DNA of 64,000 nucleotides, taken from assembly GCF_009914755.1 (NCBI RefSeq), contig NC_060941.1; one strand, given 5' to 3'. Source of the DNA: the human T2T-CHM13v2.0 reference genome, Homo sapiens. Shown piece after piece: positions 17,976 to 38,571 of this stretch. Within the stretch, counting starts at the first letter, position 1, and each line of letters begins with the position of its first letter. The notes beneath the pieces were generated by a model, which saw only the letters and a program-made list of their open reading frames with translations, was not told where the DNA came from and ran no database searches. The position numbers and the translations under genes were made by a program.

Positions 17976-18740
17976 GTAATTCCGAGTAATAAGGGTGCTA
18001 GGAGCATCTTAGTTCTAATGTTTAGTCTTTAAGCCCAGTTTCTGACATAGAACTTTTACTCCCTTAGAATCTCCTAGTGAAAGGAGCGTCTTCTGTTCTA
18101 ATGAGGTGATTCTTGGTGAGCTCCCGGAGGGAGGCTGGTCACCACAAAGACTTTCAGCCCACCCCATCGCTGGTCCTCCGGGAAGGGGAGAGGGGCCGGA
18201 CATTGAGTTTGTAATTGACTATGGCTATGTGATGAAGCCTCCATACAAATCCTTAAACTATGGAGTTCAGAGAGCTTCCAGGTTGGTGAACAAGAACACA
18301 TCCATGTCCCAGGAGCATGGTGCACCCCAGCTTCACAAGGACAGATGCTCCTGCTCTCAAGACACCTCTGCACCTCGCCCTGTGTATCTCTTCATCTGGC
18401 TGTTCATTTTTATCCTTTAAAATACCCTTTGTCATAAATTGGCAACAATAAGTGCACTGTTTTCCTGGGTTCTGCGAGCTGTGCTACCAAATTATTGAAC
18501 CCGAGAAGGGGGTCATCAACCCCTTGTGGTGATCTGTAGCCAAGTCAGACAGAAGTTGTGGGTCACCTCGGGACCTACTCTTTGCAGTTGGCATCTGAAG
18601 TTGGCTGTGGGGGCAGCCTGGTGGGACTGAGCCCCTAATCTGTGGGGTCCGTGCTAACTACAGTTAGTGTCAAAATAACATTGACTTCTAGGACACCCAG
18701 TTGGTTTCAGAGGATTGTTTTGTGGGAGGACACAGAACTG
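17976..18740 (+). mobile_element. Solo LTR, MER21-family
   Basis: gagagcttccaggttggtgaaca, gcagttggcatctgaag, gtgggactgagcccctaatctgtggg and ggacacccagttggt match recalled MER21 motifs. Ends approximate. Confidence 0.7.
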
Positions 18741-21526
18741 TTCTATGTTGAGCATGGGTATAGATAGGAAAAAGTAGGGGTTTTTTTCTATATTCACATT
18801 CTATATATGTTAAAAGATAATAAAAATAACACTAGCTAACATTTATTGAAGCCTCGGTTAAGCACTCCACAGATGTAATCTCATTCGGTCCTCAAAGCCA
18901 CTCTATTGTTTTTATTATACCCTTTTCTCAGGTGAGAAAGCTGAGGCCCAGAGAGGTTAAACATGTTTCCCAAACTCGAAAGTGCTATCGTGTCCATGGT
19001 AAGCCCCTTTCAGGCCAGTGCTGGCACCATCCCCACCCAAGCAAGGTTATCTTCTGTGGCCTTTCCCTTTCTCAGGCCAACCTGTCACCCCAGGCCGGGC
19101 CGGTGGACTGTCCTGCTTCCCGCCCGTGGGAGTGCTCATTCAGCACAAAATTGTTGTAGGAACTTTCTCATCCAACCCCCTCATGTCACCTGTGGGGAAT
19201 CTGAGGCTCAGAATGCCAAGGCCCAGAATACTGAAGTCCAGGAATAAGCGGAATAAGGGGGGAAAAATGCATGAATTTCCAGCTGTACCACCAGCTCATC
19301 ATGGGCCATACATTGAAATGATTTCTAAGTTTCCTTCAGCAAGTTGCCTTTCTGAGTCTCTGATTCTCAAAGATTTGTCCACAGTCATTAGATTGTTTAT
19401 CTGCAGAGGTGAGGCTTCAACCCTGTCGCTCAGACTCTAATCTGGAATTCCTTTCTTGGATCAGGCACCTCTCTCCCTGGACTCCATGGGACCTAGAATC
19501 CAGGATGACTGACCAACCTCAAAAAGGGTCTCAAGGCTCCTCCACAGGGAAGAGGCCTCTCCTGAAAGGCAACCCTTCCCCAGAGAGTCACCCCAGGCCC
19601 TCTGGGCAGCTCCCACTCCTCAGAGATGCCTGCTTGGCACAGCACCACCCAGAAGTCTTTCAAGGCTAAGCCTCAATGCCTTAGGCTCTTGCATTTCTAC
19701 AGCGCCCAACTTTTTAAAATCCCTTTTACACCACCACTGGCTTCTCAGATACCCAGTGAACTCAGCAAGGGCTTTGGACAGGGTAGACCTGAATTTCAAT
19801 CCTCCATCCACCACCGACTCACTGTGTAATCTTGGGAAAGTCACTCAACCTCTCAGTGCTTCAGTGGTCACCACTGAAAAATGGGCACTAGATGAGTTAA
19901 TATTCCAGGCTCCTCAGATACCTGAGACACAGGAGGTGCTGGGCAGGCAGGAGGTTGCTACTGCCTCCCTTTTACAAATGAGGAAATGCAAGCTCAGCAT
20001 TGCTCAGTGACCTGTCAGAATTCCTCTAAGCCTCCACCCAGCAGGGACACATTGCTTTGCTTCCCTTCCTTTTCTGGTCCCTACAGTCAGCATGGCGCCC
20101 ACAGCAAGCAGGCAAATGACAGGAGGTGGATTTCCTAATTTACTTCTCCCACTCCATCTCAGGTTGCCTGATGATGGGACCTTTGCTGAATATACCCCCA
20201 AATCCTGCTCCTGGCACAGGAAAGCTCAGGATAAATGCCTGAGATGCTGTTTCGGGGACATTTTGTCCCCTGGCTTTAGGTGAGGATTGGCAAACATGAG
20301 TGGTGTCCAATGGGGTCACCCCAGCTCCAATTCAGGAGAGCTGCTGGTGGTAATAGAAAAAAAAAATCTCAGGAGAAAAGCTGTCTGCTCCTTATTTCCC
20401 CCGTGCTGCCAGCTGCCCATGGAGGGACAGGTGGCCAGGTGGCCACCAGGTGGGCACATGCCCAGCATACTGATGAATGTCTAAGGCAGGAAAAAGCAAA
20501 GGAGAAGCAAGTTCACGCATTAAACAAATATTTATTTAGCACTCGCACTGAAAATTCAGCAGTAAAGACAGTGAACATAGTCCCTGCTGTCACAGCCTCC
20601 CGTCTGAGGTCCCAGGATACAGATCATCTCATAGAGACCCTCAGGATCATCTTGTCCAGCCAGACTCCCAATTGAAAAGTGGGGAAACTGAAACCCAGAG
20701 AGAGGCAGGGGCCAGCCACAGTCCTCAGGGAGATAGCAGCAAGCATGTCTTATGCCTGGTCTAAGAAGCCCAGCCTGAGCAGGGGACACACCCAAGGCCC
20801 TAATCTCTGGTCGGAAAGCCGCCCTCTCTCTATGGGGAGAAGGGAGGGGCATCACCCACTGCCTGCTTCTCTGATTGGCTGGAAACCAAGCCTGACCTCA
20901 GCCCAGGGCACTCAGAAGGTGTACCCTTGCTGCCCAGAGACTATTAAAGGCTCAGCAGGGCATGAGCCATCCCTGGATGCAGGTGTCTCACTCCAGGGTC
21001 AGGTTGGGAACGGGACTTGGCAAGTTCCGAGGATTTCTCTGACAGCCCCTCCAGGCATCCCAGGAGAGCAGAAACAGGTACTTCAGGGAGATAGGAGATT
21101 TTCCTCCTACCCCCAAGCCAGAGTCTGGCCCAGAGAGAAGGCACACTGGACGCAGCCCATAGGCGAAGTCATCTTGCCTCTCTGCACCTTTCACAGTCGT
21201 TGTTAGTTTTGGAAACTAAAGGCTGAGAAAACCCTTTGCTGGCTGTTTGGGAGGCCTGAGACCTCTTGACAGAGGCCCGAAGGCCAGTGAGGCAGAAGCA
21301 GCAGCCAGGCCACCAGCTTCTACTGGCAGGAGCCGAAGAGAGGTGGGAAGGAGACTGGCTGTTCCCAGGACGTGGGGGATCTGGCAGCTAGCTAATGGTT
21401 TGGATGTCAGGGTGAACTTAAACCACAGCATGAGAGACTAAGGTTAGACGTGAGGACAATCTTTCTGACGTTAATGACTGTATGGCATTTGGCATGCTGC
21501 CCGCAGAGGTTAAGAAATGGGTTTCT

Positions 21527-21660
21527 GTCGGGCGCAGCAGTTCACTCCTATAATCCCAGCTACTCGGGAGGCTAAGGCAGGAGGATCACTTGAGGCCAGG
21601 AGCTGAGACCAGCCTGGGCAACAGAGCGAGACCTGGCCTCTTATAAAAAATTTAAAAACA
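21527..21660 (+). mobile_element. Alu monomer (FLAM-like)
   Basis: Single left-arm-type monomer with A-tail, flanked by atgggttt repeats. Confidence 0.8.
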
Positions 21661-23312
21661 AAAGATGGGTTTTAGATTTTTAGTTAGCATATCTCTTAAG
21701 AAAAGTGTTGCAGCTTCTGTCACCTCACGACTTAAAGGGCAAAGCGAGGGTCTGGAATCAGAGCGACCAGTCCCAGACCCAGCTTCACCATTTCCTGGCT
21801 TGTGACCTCATTCAGGTTACTAAACTTCTCCAGGCCTCAGTTTCCTCTTCTGAAACTGACGCTGAAGGCTGATACTAACTTAAAGAGCTATTGGAAGAAT
21901 TAATGAGATGCCATCCCGGAATGCCCAACCCAGGGCCTGACATATCATAGACACTCACTAAATTCCATTTCCTTCCTCCAGCCCCAGGAAGTCTCACCTG
22001 TGTGCGTTCTCAGGAGACACATTCTTAATTAAATCTCCCCTAGAAAGAGCAGGCACCACTTTATCTCCAACCAGGGGTTTGTGGGGAAGAGGCTTTGCAC
22101 AACAAGACACATGGGGACCCTCTCAGAGGGCTTGACCCTTCCCCCAAAAGATCGGATTCTCCAAAGACAGAAGCACCTCCAATCTGCTCTTCCCAGTGAG
22201 ACCAAGAAACCGGTTCTCCCTCCCCACCCCCAATTCTCACCCCAGTTCCTGAGCCAGCCCAGCCTCTGCACCCAGAGTTCTGTGCTTCCTCATTTTCTGC
22301 CCTCGGTTTGGGACGATAAATGCAAGAGCTCAGAGAAAACAGCCTGAGACCAGAGGCCACAAACAATGTGTGCATGGATGCTACCACTCTAGAAGGACTC
22401 TGGTGGAGATGCTGGGGATGGGGGAGCAGGAACAGGATTTGGATTAAGGAGGGTAAGAGGGGTTGATGATGCTTTCAACTTAATCTTGGGAAAATCTCGA
22501 GGGCTTCCTGGAGCTGGTGTCTTTCCCTCTGGGCAATATAAGTGCCTTTTGGGAGGAGGCATCAGCTTCAGGGGGGATGGGGCCAGCTCTGCAGGGGAGT
22601 CAAATTGGGAACTGGCTCGGCCACTCTGGAGGTGTTATGCCTGGCTAGAAAGGATGGGAGATTGGAGCAGCACATGTGGTGAGGGTCAGAAGCAAGGAGC
22701 AGGGTCCTGGCAGCAGGCTGTGAAAAGGGCCCTGGGGTCCTAGAGCAAGCCCTGGTCTTGGAGTCCTACAGACACAGGCCCAGGCCCAGCCCTGCTACTT
22801 ATCATCCATCCACAAGGCCCGGGGCAAGTTATTCTTCTCTCTGCCTCCAGTGACCTCATCTCTAAGGTGGGAATAATAAATCCTGACCACCTACAGTGGT
22901 GAGGATTAAATGAGCCCCATGGGTGAGCGTGCCTGGCATCATGCCAGCCATGGGATGGCGAACAAAGACAATCAACGCGATCAGTCACTTGGTAAATATT
23001 CATAATTATTAGATGTGTTGAGTTCTGTGCTGGGTACACCAAACTCTTTTTAGGGAACCTCCCCACCCTCACTTCCCTGGTCACCCCATGGTGACCCAGA
23101 AGAGCAAATTACCTGAGTAGCACTATGTTTGTCCCAGCCACTGGTGCCCTGGGTACCCAAAAGAATTGTGGCCACGCAGGGAAGAGGCCAAAGTGGGGGG
23201 AGATATCACCATGTGGACCCTGGGTCTCCTCAGAGATCAGAGGCCAACCAGGACCCCATCAAGAAAAACTGGACATACTGCCAAGAGATATTTGCAAAAG
23301 GAAAAGTAATTC

Positions 23313-23318
23313 TTTATT
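23313..23318 (-). terminator. KRT15: KRT15 polyadenylation signal AATAAA
   Basis: tttatt on + strand, ~250 nt downstream of the stop codon. Confidence 0.85.
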
Positions 23319-23566
23319 ACATGAACAGACACTGTACAAATGAGCTTGTTACACAATACAGCTGCATCTCCTTGCTCCAAAGAAGGTGGGGAGAGGCAGA
23401 GGGGGAATAGAGCGCATGCAAAGCCCTGAAATAAAAGACCGAGGGACCCTTTTCAGCTCTCTGAAGGCAGGGACTGGAGTTTGCATGTGCAGGCCCTCTG
23501 GCCAGTCCTCCACTTGGCCTGATGAGAGTGGGGAGTGGCAAGGGACGTTTCTCCTGCAATAGACAC

Positions 23567-28371
<4,805 letters not shown>

Positions 28372-28457
28372 GGCCAGGTAGCTGGAGCCCGTGAGTTCTC
28401 AGCAAACCCAAGAGATGCTGGCAGGAGGTACCAGGCCAGGCTGCACGCTGGGGCTCC

Positions 28458-28464
28458 TTATATA
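28458..28464 (-). promoter_or_regulatory. KRT15: KRT15 TATA box (TATATAA)
   Basis: ttatata on + strand, ~90 nt upstream of the ATG; flanks align with the KRT13 TATA region. Confidence 0.85.
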
Positions 28465-28891
28465 CCCTTCAGAGGGTGTTGTGGGACCTCGTCTCCTCCC
28501 CTAAAGCAAAGCCAACTCCTTCTGCCTTCCTGACAAACACAGCTGCCTGCACACCTTGAGTGGGTCATGTGAAGTTTTTCTCTTCTATTTTTTTTTAATG
28601 CAACAAAAGAGATGATTCAGAATTAATAGTGTTTTTCCCCAGGGCACGGTTTTAACACTTGGATTACAGGTTCATCTCTCCATGCCAGAAGAGAGCAGCA
28701 GGGAGCGAACTCTCATCACAGCACAGCTACCAAGGCCTCTGCCTGTACTGAGAGCAGCTCAGGCCAACTGTGCCCTCAGCTGGACTTCACTTCCCCGAGC
28801 CCTGAGCCTCTCCCCAAGAGGACAGCTCCGTGTTCTTAGTTTGGGAGTCCACTGGCCGATCATTATGCTGTGTTATCCAACTCAAAACCCT

Positions 28892-28935
28892 GTGAGTGAG
28901 TGAGTGAGTGAATGAGTGAGTGAGTGAGTGAGTGA
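28892..28935 (+). repeat. (TGAG)n tetranucleotide repeat ~0.5 kb upstream of KRT15
   Basis: Direct read. Confidence 0.9.
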
Positions 28936-31900
28936 GAGACTGCAGGGCTCAGGGAGAGTGGAGGCCCTGGGGATGGGAATGCAGGGCCCCTGGGGGCAGG
29001 TGGAGGACAGGAGCCAGGGACCTTGAGTAGTGTTCCAGCTGAGGTGACCAGAGGAGCCAGCATCCATCCCCTTACCTGGTGCTGCAGATGGACTCCCCTC
29101 CTCCCACCTCTACTCCCCTCCTGCCATCCTCCAGCCTGTGTTCCTGGCACCCTCACAAAAGCCCAGCAGGCTTGGGACTGACAAGGGGATGACTGATGAT
29201 CCCGACACCTGCCAACTGCACGGCGCTGAACCTTTGCTCGTTTCTGGGATGTGTTGGGGCAAACCTCCGCTGATAAGGCTGGGGCAAGTTCCAGGAAGCC
29301 CCTGCCTTCTCCAGGAGAGGCATGTCGCTGCTTAGCAGGGCCAGATTAGCCCCCATCTGTCCTGTCAAGTGCTGGCTGGGGAGGGGCCGCTGCAGAAGGC
29401 TCTATGTGCCTGAATGCTGTGGAAGGGAAGAGAAGGGAGACTGGCAGGCAGGCTGGAAGACACCGGAGATCTTGAAGACCAAGGCATTGCTTCACACAGA
29501 CGGGGAGTTGAACACTCAGGAGAGCCCTTTTCTCTGCCACCAGCTCAGGGACACCTTTCCAGGGACACCTGATACCTGTGGGCAGTGCCACTTGGAGGTG
29601 TGGCTCAGCCCTCTGGACCTGGCCCCAGGGCTTACAGAAACTCAGGAGGAGGATTCCTAGCCCAGGTTGCAGCATGGTGAAGTGGACAGGGCTCTGGAGT
29701 CCCCCAGGCCCGGGTTTGAATCCTGGCTTTATCAATTATCATGGTAAGACTGTGAGGCCTGGGTTCAAATCCTGACCCTACCAATTACCATGGTAAGACT
29801 GTGGACATTTACCTTTTTAAGTCTCTGTTTCCCTGTGGCAAGGGGCGCTCTCAACTCTCACTTCCAGGGAAGCCCTGTGGCCCAAGAGCCCCCATCCTGC
29901 CCCCTCCTGGATCCCCACCCAGGTGCCAGACATGCAGGGGCCAGGGTGCATGACCGGCACCTGCGCCTGAGTGCCCTCACCAGGAGGGGCTTTGTCGTTG
30001 GGCATCAGAACATGCCCTGTGAGCCTGAGCATGTTCTTAGGCTCAACGGCATCGACCTTCCATAGCCAGCTCCTATGGGGCAACGCAGGTTGTTCTTAGG
30101 TTCTTATTTTGCTATAATAGCATAATCCTTTACTTCTACCCTGCACTTTGTGATTTACAAAGCACTTTTGCATCCATCACCTCCTCTCATCCTCACAACA
30201 GAGGGTGACCCCCACCCAAGATTCAGAAAGAATGAAATTGAAACTTGGAGAGGTGAAGCAACTTGTGCCAGGTGGCACCACTGGTAAGGGGCAAAGCCAG
30301 GACTCAAACAGGTCCTCACACCCTCAACCAAACAGGGCACAGGGAAAGAGTCCTTCCTGCAGACCCCAAATTCCTGCATCTGAGCTGGGCTGGCAAGGGG
30401 AACTGCCAGCCAGCAAGGCTGGGGGTGGGTTCCTTCTCATCCATCTTCGCAGTGAGCCTGGCCTCCAATGCTGGGCACAGACAGTGTGGTATTGTCTCAT
30501 GGGTGGGAGGGTATTGTCTTTTCCTCCGAAAGAAAAATAATCAAACTCAGATCATCCAGAGCTCATTAAAAGCCTCTGCAGACATTGTGGCCCCAGCAAT
30601 TAACTCAAGAACAATTACTCGCCTTTCACCCCAGGGTGAGGAAGGGCTGGACCCCAGCCAGATCCCCTTCTGCACCTGACTCTCCTCCAGCAGCCCCTCG
30701 AGGTGGCTTTCTCTATACTCTCAGGCCCAGGCCAGGGGCGGCAGCTGCCCCCCTCACTGCCCCACGCACAAATCCCTGGTTTCAGTCCAAACCGCTACTG
30801 TGAGCTCCAGATCTGGGTGGGGCCCGGAGCCTCCTCATTAGCACCAGGTGGGATGGCCTTGCGAAGATAAAGCTCTGTCTGGCCCCAGCCCAGGCTGTAG
30901 CCCCGGGCCCTGCCCCAGGCAGCCTGCCCAGGATGCTGTGCCAGTTTCTGACCTTTGCCCACTGCAGCCAGATGGGGCCATCTGTGGAGCCGGCCTTTTC
31001 TCCTTAGAATGAGGCAGTGCAGCCCAGTGGAAAGAGACTCAGCCTCTCTGAGCCTGGTTCCTGATTTAAACTTAGGCCATTAACACAGACTCCCCTCAGG
31101 GCCATAGTGAGCATTTGAGGGCACAAGGAGAATGAAGTCTCCAACAACCTTAGAACCCTCCCACACCTCTCCTGTTCCCCAGGGAAATGCCAGGGAGAGG
31201 GGGTGTGTCCTGGAGCCCAGAGACTTACCTTTAAACCCCTCTTTTCCCATTTACCAGCTGTGCGGCTTTGGGTAATGCCGCCTCCTCTCTCTGAGCCTTA
31301 GTCTACCAATCAGGAAAATGGAAATAACTCCAGCTCAGCCTGACTCTCAGTTGGAGCAAGATGACTCACAGGAAATGCTCAACAGACTGAAGTGGCCACG
31401 ATGACCAGCAGGATGTAAAGGCACTCCCCTCAACTTCCCCACTCCCCTCTCTCTCCTATCCCAGGTCTCCAGGCTGAGACAGAAAAGTGTCCCCAGTCCA
31501 GCCCCACCCTGCACTGTGCACACACAAAGGCAGGCTTCATTCCTGACACTCAGGCCTGAGACCTGACAGTCACCTGCCCCACCTGTGTGGGCCCAGACCC
31601 CGCCCCGCAGCCACATTCCAGGGGCCCCTGAGGCAGAGGGAAGGTTTCAGCTGTGACAAGGGAGGCTTTCATGGGCAGGGACAAGCGCCTCTGGGCAGTC
31701 CCAGCTGGGGGTGCAGCCAGGCCTCTCCCTCTAGCTCCAAGGCTTCCTGAGAAGTTAAGTTGGGGGTGGTGGTTTGTGGGTGCTGGAGGCCAGAACAGGA
31801 CAGCTAGGGAGGGGGCAGAAGGGGGTCCCAGTCCAGGCTACAGCAGCGGGGCTCTGGGGTTACATGTTCATAACCAACCTTGAAACAGCTCCTCCTTCGG

Positions 31901-33178
31901 GATTGCCATGGCCGTGATGGGGTCTCCAGCCTCCTTAGCAGGGTGCTGAGTACATTTGGCAGCATGCGGGCGTGGAACTAGTGTCCCTTACTTGCCCCCA
32001 TCACTCACAGGGTTGGGCCTGCAGCCCTCACCTCTCCACCAGGAAGAAGTGGGACTTCTTTTGGGGCCTCTTCCTTACCTTGAATTGGCCTCAGTTCTTG
32101 GCAGCTGAGATGTAAACCACAGGAGCAGGGCCATACCTACCCAAGGGCAGAGTTGTACCAGGAAGCTGGGACTTCGTTCTTTTGCTGGCCCAGGGCAGGC
32201 CCCAGGCAAGCCAGGGTTGGGGTCTCTGTGGGAGGTCTGGGTCACTGCTGGGTCCCATTCTGGGCTCTGGGCCCAGGTATGGGCTGGTGGGCGTTAAAGG
32301 GCTTATGCAGGGCTGCCCCAAAAATGGGTGAATGTGTTAGTGCATGCACACACACAACACACACTGACAGGTACAGCCTCCCCAGCCTTGCTCCAAGCGG
32401 GATGCCTGGCCCCAAACCCCCAGTTTCAGTGAGGTGGAGAAATGTGTCGGGAGGAACTGCCCCTAGGGATCCCCGGCCTGAGCCTTCATAGGGCACAAGA
32501 CTGGAATGTCAGCAAGACCGGCACAAGTGGCGTCAACTCCAGGAGACCACCTGGCAGGGGCTGGCACCATGGGCTAAGAATCAGGCAACTTAGGTTCTAG
32601 TCCTGGCTCTACCATGTAGTTGCTGTGTGGCCTTGGACAAGTTACTGAACCTCTCTGAGCCTATTTCCTGATCTATAACATGCAGCTCATACTACCTTTT
32701 AGGGCTGTTTTTAATTCAATGGCACATAGTAGGTGTTCAATAAACATTAATTTCACACAGATACCTCAACGCCCTGGGGAGTAGAGTAGAAAGAAAACTA
32801 AATCTAGAAGCAAAAACAATTTCAAATCCCACCTTTGCCATGCATTAGAGCAGTTACATATAGAAAAAAACACTTCACCTCTCTGAGCCTTAGTTTACTT
32901 TTGTAAAATGGAAGCAATGCTTATTTCATGAGGTTATTTTAAGGAACGGGTTAAATAAATGAAGACTTCTGTAAACAGGAATTACCATTACAGGCAAAGT
33001 ATGTGAGTACCCTCCCCTCCCTTTCCTGGGACAGAGTGAACTTTGGTTCAAATAAAACCTAAACAGGGCCAAGGCAGGACCCATCTCTCCATGGGTTCAA
33101 ATAACAAACCGAACGACCTATTCTCTCCATGGGCTGAAATAATAAACCAAACGTCCTTCCTCCCTTGGACCATAAATT

Positions 33179-33184
33179 TTTATT
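33179..33184 (-). terminator. KRT19: KRT19 polyadenylation signal AATAAA
   Basis: tttatt on + strand, ~100 nt downstream of the stop codon. Confidence 0.85.
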
Positions 33185-33286
33185 GGCAGGTCAGGAGAAG
33201 AGCCGGGGGTAAGGGTCCCTTCCTTCCCATCCCTCTACCCAGAAGACACCCTCCAAAGGACAGCAGAAGCCCCAGAGCCTGCTGCC

Positions 33287-37808
<4,522 letters not shown>

Positions 37809-37891
37809 GGCGAGGCGGAGCACGGACGGAGCAACCCTGGTCTCAGAAGCTGCGATTCGCGGGAGGAGCGGCGAGGCCCTCACCTGGCGCC

Positions 37892-37898
37892 TTTTATG
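37892..37898 (-). promoter_or_regulatory. KRT19: KRT19 TATA-like box (CATAAAA)
   Basis: ttttatg on + strand ~85 nt upstream of the ATG; GC boxes (GGGGCGG ~37938) and CCAAT-like motif nearby. Confidence 0.7.
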
Positions 37899-38271
37899 CC
37901 CGCGGCCGGTGGAGGGGGGAAGGGAGGAATGGTGTCAGGGGCGGATATCTGAGCCCTGAGGAATTTGCAGGCTCCTGAGAGCAAATATGGGCTCTCTCCC
38001 CATTGGTCAATTCCCTCCCCTCCCAGAGACCAGAGGCCCCTGCCCTCCAGAGGTGCCCCGCCCCGGTCCGCGCAGAAGCTCCGACCCGCACTCCCCCACT
38101 CTCTCTCTGCAGACCCTGTTCTGGCCTTTCCCCCGTCAGGGACATACTTGGACACCCCTGTCCCTGGAAGCCACATTCTGAGCCTCACCCTTTAAGATCA
38201 CCCAGAGTTTGACACCACTGGGAATTACAGTCCCTCTGGGGTCATATTCCTACACACCCCTGACCCAGTGA

Positions 38272-38571
<300 letters not shown>

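Noticed and set aside
23079-23096. GGTCA-N8-TGACC palindrome as an estrogen response element
   Set aside because: The spacer is 8 nt rather than the required 3.
37809-37883. N-terminal extension of KRT19 in the ORF track (likewise 15104-15187 for KRT13)
   Set aside because: Begins at a non-ATG codon within a few bases of the TATA box, upstream of the expected TSS.
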